This document shows positions 19,041 through 26,309 of a stretch of DNA of 64,000 nucleotides, piece after piece (position 1 is the first letter of the stretch; the number at the start of each line of letters is the position of its first letter). The translations under genes were made by a program, and so were the position numbers. The notes under the pieces were generated by a model, which was not told the DNA's origin, made no database searches, and worked only from the letters and a program-made list of their open reading frames with translations. The stretch comes from Oscillospiraceae bacterium (lineage in GTDB: Bacteria > Bacillota > Clostridia > Oscillospirales > Ruminococcaceae). Where the stretch lies: NCBI GenBank assembly GCA_009777155.1, contig WRMK01000002.1:213-64212 (forward strand). The letters are read 5' to 3'.

Positions 19041-19159
19041 ATAATTTTGTGCCAAAATTTGTAAATAGAATTTACCTATACTTATATTATAGTGCTTTTT
19101 CAACACAATGTCAAGGTTTTCGGCAAAAAAATTTTTGCTAAATTATTTGCGAAAAACTA

Positions 19160-19188
19160 TTGCATTTTTAATTGATTAATGTTACAAT
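19160..19188 (+). promoter_or_regulatory. sigma-A-type promoter of the XRE regulator gene
   Basis: TTGCAT-17 nt-TACAAT. Confidence 0.5.
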
Positions 19189-19230
19189 ATATGTAAATCA
19201 AATTTACTTAATTCTTGTAGCAGGTGATTT

Positions 19231-19761
19231 ATGAACAACACACTTCTCGGTAAGAAGCTGAAAGAAGCCCGCCTTGCCAAAAAGATGACCCAGACCGACG
19301 TCGTGGGCGGGTACATCACCCGCAATATGTTGAGCCAAATCGAGAGCGGGTGCGCCTTTCCGTCGATTCGCACACTGGAGTATCTTTCGGGCGTGCTTGA
19401 AATCCCCATGTCCGAATTGGTGTCCGAGAGCGAGACGATTATGTCCGCGACAAGCTCGTTGGCCATGTCGCCGAATATGGCGCAAACCCTGCTCGACGAC
19501 CTCGTCAAAGCCAAGCAGGGCCTGCTTTCGGGCGATTTTGAGGTCACAATTCAGCTACTCTCGCCTTATCTAAAGGAGGACTGTGCGATTTACGACGAGA
19601 GCGCGGCGTTGGTCTGCCGCGCCCGCACCGCGCTTGCAAAGAAGTACGCACTCGAGGGGGACGCCGCCGCGGCAAAGCGTGAGAGGAAGGCGGCGGCGGA
19701 GTGGAAATCTAAAGGGGTTTACAGTGCCGATTGGAAGAAAGATGATGCCTTGCGGGTTTGA
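19231..19761 (+). CDS. XRE-family HTH transcriptional regulator with a helical C-terminal domain
   Basis: LGKKLKEARLAKKMTQTDV...LSQIESG HTH_3 signature. Confidence 0.85.
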   Translation: MNNTLLGKKLKEARLAKKMTQTDVVGGYITRNMLSQIESGCAFPSIRTLEYLSGVLEIPMSELVSESETIMSATSSLAMSPNMAQTLLDDLVKAKQGLLSGDFEVTIQLLSPYLKEDCAIYDESAALVCRARTALAKKYALEGDAAAAKRERKAAAEWKSKGVYSADWKKDDALRV

Positions 19762-19764
19762 GGG

Positions 19765-19990
19765 TGGTGTAAATTGGTTTGGGTTTACATGGGGGCTGTA
19801 CGAATATCGGTACTTCGCGGGTTAAATTTTGCTGTAAATCAATGTAGGTTTACACATGAGTAGTAAGCATGGCGGTGACTTGTGTGTCTGATGTTGCTGT
19901 AAATCATTGTGGGTTTACACGAGGGTTGTACGAACGGCGGTGCTTTGCGGGTTTGACGTCACTGTAAACCAGACACGATTTACACCCAAA
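19765..19990. repeat. four regularly spaced TGTAAA-N9/10-TTTACA palindromes (period about 64 nt)
   Basis: Units start at about 19768, 19833, 19897 and 19963; alternate spacers are related to each other. Confidence 0.75.
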
Positions 19991-20005
19991 ATCTCGCGAA
20001 AACTA

Positions 20006-20034
20006 TTGACAAACCCCCAATTTAATGCTATAAT
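20006..20034 (+). promoter_or_regulatory. perfect consensus promoter in front of cassette 1
   Basis: TTGACA-17 nt-TGcTATAAT. Confidence 0.7.
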
Positions 20035-20203
20035 AAGCAGGTGATACTATCAACACCCCCATCGAAATAAAGCACCCCGCAGAAATCTCATTCGGCGCGA
20101 AAGCCTTAAACCCAAAGCAACAGCGGCTTTTAAGTAGACTCCGGACTATGGTTCCCGCGCAATCGTCAACAAACGCGACCTCTCCCTGCTCGACTTAGCG
20201 GCG

Positions 20204-20482
20204 TTGACCGCCGAAACGGGCGATGAATTCGCGGTGTTCACGCGCAAGGGCAGGCGGCTGGTAATCAGGGGAAACAAAACCCAAGTCCCCCTGTATCAAA
20301 GCCAAGCCTCAGAATTAAAAGCCGCGGGCTACAAATGGAGCGGACACACCCACCCCGGTTTTGGCGACAACAGCCTGATAGCTTCCGATGGTGACAGAAA
20401 AATGTTGGAAAAATTCGCTCAAACCCGCAGCGTTATATACAACGCCGTCGGTAAGCGGGTTGTATTCGGAAAGGATTTTTAG
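20204..20482 (+). CDS. JAB/MPN-like (RadC-like HxH...SxxD) small protein, cassette 1; the upstream part of the gene is frameshifted
   Basis: ETGDEF...GYKWSGHTHPG...ASDGD; paralogue of 20898-21305; conserved coding-like sequence extends back to 20040 in another frame. Confidence 0.5.
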   Translation: MTAETGDEFAVFTRKGRRLVIRGNKTQVPLYQSQASELKAAGYKWSGHTHPGFGDNSLIASDGDRKMLEKFAQTRSVIYNAVGKRVVFGKDF

Positions 20483-20483
20483 T

Positions 20484-20720
20484 ATGAAAAGCCCGAAAGA
20501 AGACCAAGAACTGATGCGTTCTTTGCAGAATTATTTGAAAACGAATAACCTTTATTTAGAGCCGCACGCCTTGTTTGAGTGGGGTATAGATTGCGTTGGG
20601 GTCTTCGTTAACGGCAATGTTGTCTTGAATATCGGCTTGCCCCCCGTCTCGAACTACCTAATAGAAGAAACCGAGTACACCGGCCGATACATGCGGCAGA
20701 GAGAACAACCGGCGGTCTGA
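20484..20720 (+). CDS. 78-aa partner protein of cassette 1 (putative immunity/antitoxin)
   Basis: ATG 1 nt after the upstream stop (TAG 20480-20482, one spacer nt, ATG at 20484), AAAGGA SD; paralogue of 21286-21522 (shared IGLPPVS block). Confidence 0.65.
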   Translation: MKSPKEDQELMRSLQNYLKTNNLYLEPHALFEWGIDCVGVFVNGNVVLNIGLPPVSNYLIEETEYTGRYMRQREQPAV

Positions 20721-20846
20721 AATTAACACCTAAGAGGTGATACTATCAACGCCCCCATTGAAATAAAACACCCCGCAGAAATCTCATTCGGCGCGAAAGC
20801 CTTGAACCCAAAGCAACAGCGGCTCTTGAGCAAGCTCCCCGACTAT

Positions 20847-20948
20847 AGCAATTCCGCTTAGAAATTGCCCGATAGACGAGCACAAAAGCTTTGATATATG
20901 CGGTTTTGTGCTCGGATTGCGGTGCAATTTCAAGCGGAATTGCTAAAC
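20847..20948. mobile_element. 102-nt palindromic insertion (MITE-like) splitting cassette 2
   Basis: AGCAATTCCGCTT...AAGCGGAATTGCT outer stem, GAGCACAAAA...TTTTGTGCTC inner stem; absent from the paralogous position in cassette 1. Confidence 0.75.
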
Positions 20949-21305
20949 GGCTCCCGCGCAATCGTCAACAAGCGCGACCTCTCCCTGCTCGACTTAGCGG
21001 CGTTGACCACCGAAACAGGCGATGAATTCGCAGTGTTCACGCGCAAGGGCAGGCGGTTGGTTGTGAGGGGCGGCTTTATGCGCGTACCCATAACCCCCGA
21101 TGATGCCGCCGCATTGAATGCGGCGGGCTACAAATGGAGCGGACACACCCACCCGGGCATTTCGGATTCCGTGCTAACCCCATCAAAAGGAGATGTAACA
21201 ATTTTAGACATTTTCAAACAAAACAGAACTGTAATATATAATTCTATCGGCAAATACATAGTTATTAACAAGGAGGTGCAACAATATGTGGAAGCCCGAA
21301 AATGA
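20898..21305 (+). CDS. JAB/MPN-like small protein, cassette 2 (its ATG is supplied by the palindromic insertion)
   Basis: ETGDEF...GYKWSGHTHPG...TPSKGD. Confidence 0.6.
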   Translation: MRFCARIAVQFQAELLNGSRAIVNKRDLSLLDLAALTTETGDEFAVFTRKGRRLVVRGGFMRVPITPDDAAALNAAGYKWSGHTHPGISDSVLTPSKGDVTILDIFKQNRTVIYNSIGKYIVINKEVQQYVEARK

Positions 21306-21522
21306 TTTGCAAGTGCAAAAAGCAGTGCAAAATTTCATGAGTGAAAATAAATACACATTCAGCAGACCTGTCGAATACAAGCCCCTAATCGACGGCGTAG
21401 ATGTCTGCATAGACGACCTCCCCGTGCTGATGATTGGACTGCCCCCCGTGTCCGATTATAGCGTCATGGAGACAAAGCATACCTATAAATACTTGAAATC
21501 GGAACACCGAGCGACTATGTAA
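21286..21522 (+). CDS. 78-aa partner protein of cassette 2
   Basis: AAGGAGG SD 9 nt upstream; overlaps the upstream gene by 20 nt. Confidence 0.7.
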   Translation: MWKPENDLQVQKAVQNFMSENKYTFSRPVEYKPLIDGVDVCIDDLPVLMIGLPPVSDYSVMETKHTYKYLKSEHRATM

Positions 21523-21549
21523 TTAAAAACCACAATAAAACCGCTCAAT

Positions 21550-21600
21550 ACCCGCCTTTCTGTTTGAACAACAACGAACAGCAAGGGCGGGTTTGTAAAT
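21550..21600 (+). terminator. putative intrinsic terminator after cassette 2
   Basis: acccgcc...gggcggg stem followed by tttgtaaattt. Confidence 0.45.
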
Positions 21601-21635
21601 TTCCGGAAAAACTTCCACATATTTTCAAAAAACCA

Positions 21636-21664
21636 TTTACAAGCCGTCCAAAATATGGTATAAT
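21636..21664 (+). promoter_or_regulatory. sigma-A-type promoter of nifJ
   Basis: TTTACA-17 nt-TGgTATAAT; AAGGAGG SD at about 21700. Confidence 0.6.
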
Positions 21665-21715
21665 ACTTTATAAGTGAAAAATTTTATCAAATAAATCTCA
21701 AGGAGGCAAAAATCA

Positions 21716-24700
21716 ATGGCAAGAAAAAAAGTCAGCATGAAAGGCAACACCGCCGCGGCGCATGTTTCATATGCGTTTACCGAAGTGGCGGGCATCTACC
21801 CAATCACCCCCTCGTCCGATATGGCGGAAATCACCGACGAATGGTCGGCGGCGGGCAAGAAGAACCTGTTCGGGGACACCGTGCGAGTTGCGGAAATGCA
21901 GTCGGAGGCAGGTGCGGCGGCGACCGTTCACGGTTCGTTGCAAGCGGGCGCGCTCACGACTACCTACACCGCTTCACAAGGGCTACTGCTCATGATTCCG
22001 ACAATGTACAAAATCGCGGGCGAGCTGCTCCCGAGCGTTATCCACGTCTCCGCACGTGCAGTCGCGGCGCATGCACTGTCGATTTTCGGCGACCACAGCG
22101 ACATCAACGCCTGCCGTGCAACCGGCTACGCGATGTTGGCGTCCACCAACGTGCAAGAAGTCATGGACTTAGGCGCGGTTGCACACTTGTCCACACTCAA
22201 AGGCAGAGTGCCGTTCCTGCACTTCTTTGACGGGTTCAGAACCTCCCACGAAATGCAGAAAGTCGAAGAATGGGACTACGCCGACTTGGCTGAATTAGCC
22301 GATTGGGACGCAATCGAGGCCCACCGCAGACGCGCATTGAACCCCGAAAAGCCGGTACTGCGCGGAACTGCACAAAACCCCGACATCTTCTTCCAAGCCA
22401 AGGAAGCCAGCAACAAATACTACGAGGCAATTCCCCAAATAGTGCAAGGCGAAATGGACAAGGTCAACGCTAAAATCGGCACAGATTACAAGCTTTTCAA
22501 CTACTACGGCGCGGTTGACGCAGAGCAAGTTATAGTCTCGATGGGCTCGTCCTGCGATGCCATTGAGGAAACGATTGACTACTTAGCGGCAAAAGGCGAG
22601 AAGGTCGGCTTGGTGAAAGTACGGCTCTACATGCCTTTCGCGGTGGATTCATTTGTGGGCGCAATTCCCGCGACCTGCAAAAAAATCAGCGTGCTTGACC
22701 GTACCAAAGAACCCGGTTCAATCGGCGAACCGCTGTATTTAAGCGTTGTTGCCGCGTTGAAACAAACCGGAAAATTCGCGGACGTGCCTGTGTTCGCGGG
22801 CAGATACGGCTTGGGTTCAAAGGACTTCAACCCCGCATGCGTGCTTGCAATCTACCGCAATACCGCAAAAACCCGCTTCACAGTCGGCATTGACGACGAC
22901 GTTACAAATTTATCATTACCGCTTGATGAATACCCGAACACTGTTCCCGAGGGTACAACCTCCTGCAAATTCTGGGGCATAGGCGGGGACGGAACGGTCA
23001 GTGCGAACGAGAACTCCACCAAGATTATCGGGCAAGACACCGACATGAACGTGCAGGCGTACTTCGCATACGACAGCAAGAAGGCGGGCGGCGTGACGAT
23101 TTCGCACCTGCGTTTCGGTAAAGCACCTATAAAATCGACATATTTTATCACACAAGCGAATTTTGTCGCATGTCATAATCCCTCGTATGTGACAAAATAC
23201 GACATGGTGAAAGACATCATGCCGGGCGGTACGTTCCTTCTCAACTGCCAATGGACTCCCGCAGAGCTTGAAGAACACCTCCCCAATCGAATCAAGTCGC
23301 ACATTGCCAAAAATAACATCAACTTTTATATCATCAACGGCATCAAAATCGCGGGCGAAGTCGGTCTTGGCAACAGAATCAGCACGGTTCTGCAAGCCGC
23401 ATTCTTTGCACTCGCCGACATTATCCCGATTGACGAAGCAATCGACCACATGAAAAAGCAAATCCACAAGCAATTCATTTCAAAAGGCGACAAGATTGTC
23501 GAGATGAATTACGCGGCGGTCGAAAAGGGCGCGGTGTCCTTTGAGAAAGTGGAAATCCCTGCGGCATGGGCCAATGCGGGCGATGATTTTACACTCCCGA
23601 AAGCCGATTCCACAGGCAAACGCGCAGAAGTCGCCGACTTCATCAATGACGTGCTGATTCCGATTAACGCCTATCGCGGCGCAGATTTGCCCGTGTCTAC
23701 CTTCGCCAACAGCCCCGACGGCACTTTCCCGCAAGGTACGGCCGCCTACGAAAAACGCGGCGTTGCAGTGGACGTTCCCGAGTGGATTCCCGAAAACTGC
23801 ATACAGTGCAACCAGTGTTCGTTGGTCTGCCCGCATGCAATTTTGCGGCCGTATATACTCACCGACGACGAAGTCGCAAACGCGCCCGACGGCTTACAAG
23901 TCAAGGACGCAACAGGCCTCCCCGGCATGAAATACACCATGGCATGCTCACCGCTCGACTGCTACGGTTGCTTGGTCTGCGTGAATATCTGCCCGGCGGG
24001 TGCAAAGGACAAGGCGAAAAATGCACTCGTCATGAAGCCGCTCGAAAGCCAGTTGCAACAACAAAACGTATTCGCATACTGCTACGACCTGCCCGAAAAA
24101 CCCGAAACACTTGAGAAATTCAAGGAAACATCGGTCAAAGGCTCGCAGTTCAAACAGCCCCTGCTCGAATTCTCGGGTGCATGCGCGGGTTGCGGCGAAA
24201 CGCCGTATGCTAAGTTGGTGACACAGCTCTTTGGCGACAGAATGTATATCGCAAACGCCACAGGCTGTTCGTCAATCTGGGGCGGTTCTGCCCCCGCAAT
24301 GCCCTACACCGTCAACAAAGAGGGCAAAGGCCCGTCATGGGCGAACTCGCTGTTCGAGGACAACGCCGAATTCAGCTACGGCTTGTATCTCGGCCAAAAG
24401 GCAATCCGCGACCGTTTAGCCCGCAAAACCGAGGCGATACTTGCAAGCGATTGCACAGACGAGGTCAAGGCATCGGGGCAAAAGTGGCTTGACACTTATA
24501 ACAACGGCAAGGAAAACGCTTGTGCAACCAAGTGCTACGTCAAGGCGCTCGAAGCTTGCGGCTGTGACCTTGCAAAAGAAATCCTCACCGACAAGAACTA
24601 CTTGGCGAAGAAATCGGTCTGGGCGTTCGGCGGCGACGGTTGGGCGTATGACATCGGCTACGGCGGCTTAGACCACGTGCTTGCGGCGGGCGACGACGTG

Positions 24701-25270
24701 AATCTCTTGGTATTCGACACCGAGGTTTATTCCAACACAGGCGGCCAAGCCTCAAAGTCTACACCCGTAGGCGCGATTGCGAAATTCGCGGCAAGCGGCA
24801 TGAATACTAAGAAAAAAGACTTAGCCGGCATCGCCATGAAGTATGACTACGTCTACGTAGCGCAAGTGGCAATGGGCGCGGACATGAACCAGTGCATCAA
24901 GGCAATGAGCGAGGCCGAGGCGCACCCCGGCCCTTCGATAGTAATCTGCTACGCCCCCTGCCGCGACCACGGTATCAAGGGCGGCCTTGCAAACATGATT
25001 GAAATCGAGAAGAAGGCGGTCGAGTCGGGCTACTGGCACCTGTTCAGGTTCAACCCCGGTTTAGTCGCAGAGGGCAAATCCCCCTACATTCTCGACAGCA
25101 AAGCCCCCACAGGCAACTACCGCGACTTCATGATGAACGAAGTCCGCTACAGCTCTTTAGCACGCTTTAACCCCGAACGCGCAGAAGTCCTGTTCACAAG
25201 GGCAGAAAAGGACGCTAAGAAGAAGTATGATGATTTGGTGGGGTTGGTTGAGTATTATAAAGTGAAATAG
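21716..25270 (+). CDS. nifJ: pyruvate:ferredoxin (flavodoxin) oxidoreductase
   Basis: 1184 aa; two CxxCxxCxxxCP ferredoxin motifs; GGDGWAYDIG TPP motif. Confidence 0.95.
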   Translation: MARKKVSMKGNTAAAHVSYAFTEVAGIYPITPSSDMAEITDEWSAAGKKNLFGDTVRVAEMQSEAGAAATVHGSLQAGALTTTYTASQGLLLMIPTMYKIAGELLPSVIHVSARAVAAHALSIFGDHSDINACRATGYAMLASTNVQEVMDLGAVAHLSTLKGRVPFLHFFDGFRTSHEMQKVEEWDYADLAELADWDAIEAHRRRALNPEKPVLRGTAQNPDIFFQAKEASNKYYEAIPQIVQGEMDKVNAKIGTDYKLFNYYGAVDAEQVIVSMGSSCDAIEETIDYLAAKGEKVGLVKVRLYMPFAVDSFVGAIPATCKKISVLDRTKEPGSIGEPLYLSVVAALKQTGKFADVPVFAGRYGLGSKDFNPACVLAIYRNTAKTRFTVGIDDDVTNLSLPLDEYPNTVPEGTTSCKFWGIGGDGTVSANENSTKIIGQDTDMNVQAYFAYDSKKAGGVTISHLRFGKAPIKSTYFITQANFVACHNPSYVTKYDMVKDIMPGGTFLLNCQWTPAELEEHLPNRIKSHIAKNNINFYIINGIKIAGEVGLGNRISTVLQAAFFALADIIPIDEAIDHMKKQIHKQFISKGDKIVEMNYAAVEKGAVSFEKVEIPAAWANAGDDFTLPKADSTGKRAEVADFINDVLIPINAYRGADLPVSTFANSPDGTFPQGTAAYEKRGVAVDVPEWIPENCIQCNQCSLVCPHAILRPYILTDDEVANAPDGLQVKDATGLPGMKYTMACSPLDCYGCLVCVNICPAGAKDKAKNALVMKPLESQLQQQNVFAYCYDLPEKPETLEKFKETSVKGSQFKQPLLEFSGACAGCGETPYAKLVTQLFGDRMYIANATGCSSIWGGSAPAMPYTVNKEGKGPSWANSLFEDNAEFSYGLYLGQKAIRDRLARKTEAILASDCTDEVKASGQKWLDTYNNGKENACATKCYVKALEACGCDLAKEILTDKNYLAKKSVWAFGGDGWAYDIGYGGLDHVLAAGDDVNLLVFDTEVYSNTGGQASKSTPVGAIAKFAASGMNTKKKDLAGIAMKYDYVYVAQVAMGADMNQCIKAMSEAEAHPGPSIVICYAPCRDHGIKGGLANMIEIEKKAVESGYWHLFRFNPGLVAEGKSPYILDSKAPTGNYRDFMMNEVRYSSLARFNPERAEVLFTRAEKDAKKKYDDLVGLVEYYKVK

Positions 25271-25283
25271 TTTAATCGAATAG

Positions 25284-25311
25284 AAAAACCCACTGTTGAA
25301 GTGGGTTTTTC
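25284..25311 (+). terminator. intrinsic terminator of nifJ
   Basis: aaaaacccac tgttgaa gtgggtttttc. Confidence 0.8.
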
Positions 25312-25358
25312 TGTTGCATAAATTACGGCTTTTTTGGTACACTAATCTAAAAAAGGAC

Positions 25359-25530
25359 GAGCCTGTTTGGTGTCTCGGCGCGAGTGGGATTTTGCGGCAA
25401 ATTCGATGCGCCGCGAGGAAAAACCCGCAGAAATAATTTGTTTATTCTCAGCTTTAGCTGACGGAGTTCTTGACGAAGTGGGGCGCGAATTTGACCAAAA
25501 TGCCGCCGTGTCGAGACACCAAACAGGCTC
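25359..25530 (+). promoter_or_regulatory. candidate structured leader (or 172-bp inverted-repeat element) closed by a perfect 19-bp helix
   Basis: gagcctgtttggtgtctcg (25359-25377) is the exact reverse complement of 25512-25530; an AAGGTGA SD follows immediately. Confidence 0.45.
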
Positions 25531-25543
25531 CAAGGTGAATTTT

Positions 25544-25747
25544 ATGCAAGACAAAAACCGTATCGTGGACGGCAACAGCACCCGCATTGACCCCAAACGC
25601 AAGGTCACGCCGCTGTTTGAGAACCACGTCAGCAATAACTATCTCGCCGAACGGCAACGCTTCGCCAAGTCGTGGGCCGCCTCGAACCGGCGGCTCGAAG
25701 ACGAGGCCGAATTCAGCAAGCAGGAAGTGGATATTATTCAGACGTAG
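25544..25747 (+). CDS. small basic hypothetical protein (67 aa)
   Basis: ATG with AAGGTGA SD 5 nt upstream; a terminator follows. Confidence 0.45.
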   Translation: MQDKNRIVDGNSTRIDPKRKVTPLFENHVSNNYLAERQRFAKSWAASNRRLEDEAEFSKQEVDIIQT

Positions 25748-25751
25748 AAAA

Positions 25752-25795
25752 GGCGGTGGGCGAGGTGTAAAACCTCGCCCACCGCAAATATTTTT
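25752..25795 (+). terminator. intrinsic terminator
   Basis: ggcggtgggcgagg tgtaaaa cctcgcccaccgc followed by aaatattttt. Confidence 0.7.
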
Positions 25796-25847
25796 GGTAT
25801 TTTTGAAAAATGCCTTGTTTTTTTTGGTGGTTTGTAGTATTATTAAT

Positions 25848-26288
25848 GTAGGGACGACCGCCCCCGGTCGTCCGCAAATACCCGAAACATGGCGCGGTGT
25901 TCTGTAGGGGCGCGCATTGCGCGTCCGCAAATACCCGAAACGCGGCGCGGTGTTCTGTAGGGGCGCGCATTGCGCGTCCGCAAATTCCCGAAACGCGGCG
26001 CGGTGTTGTGTAGGGAACGGTTCTTAACCGTTCCGCAAACTCGCACGACCTTATAAACGGAACGGTTAAGAACCGTTCCCCGCATTAAAATGCCAATAAA
26101 AATTTTCACGACAGGAAAAATATCATGTACGTAGGGGCGAACTGCGTTCGCCCGTGAATCCACACACCTGCCGAACCCCACACAAACGGTCGGGCATGGA
26201 AGCCCGACCCTACGTTGAAAAACCCCACAAACAACCGAAAACCCACGCAACCGCATAAACCCACGGGCGGGCAATGCCCGCCCCTACA
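25848..26288. repeat. REP-like hairpin cluster (includes three tandem 54-nt units)
   Basis: GTAGGGGCGCGCATTGCGCGTCCGCAAATACCCGAAACGCGGCGCGGTGTTCT repeated, plus other stem types. Confidence 0.85.
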
Positions 26289-26309
26289 ACCAAACAAAGG
26301 AGAACCCCC

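Noticed and set aside
19765-19990. CRISPR-like geometry: four repeats of about 24 nt separated by spacers of about 40 nt
   Set aside because: The repeats are degenerate palindromes that differ in their loops. Alternate spacers are homologous to each other, so the true unit is about 129 nt. Related palindromes occur at 17837-17948, and there are no cas genes.
20847-20948. Programmed translational bypass (gene-60-like hop) or a self-splicing intron across the 102-nt palindrome
   Set aside because: A take-off GCT followed by TAG and a downstream GCT do exist. Landing on that GCT would resume in the wrong frame and hit a stop within about 30 codons. The element is also far too small and lacks group I or group II signatures.
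25367-25747. 126-aa ORF from the track
   Set aside because: It has a TTG start with a weak SD. Its first 59 codons span the perfect 19-bp inverted repeat and the enclosed structured region. An internal ATG at 25544 has a good AAGGTGA SD, so only the 67-aa version is kept, and that at low confidence.
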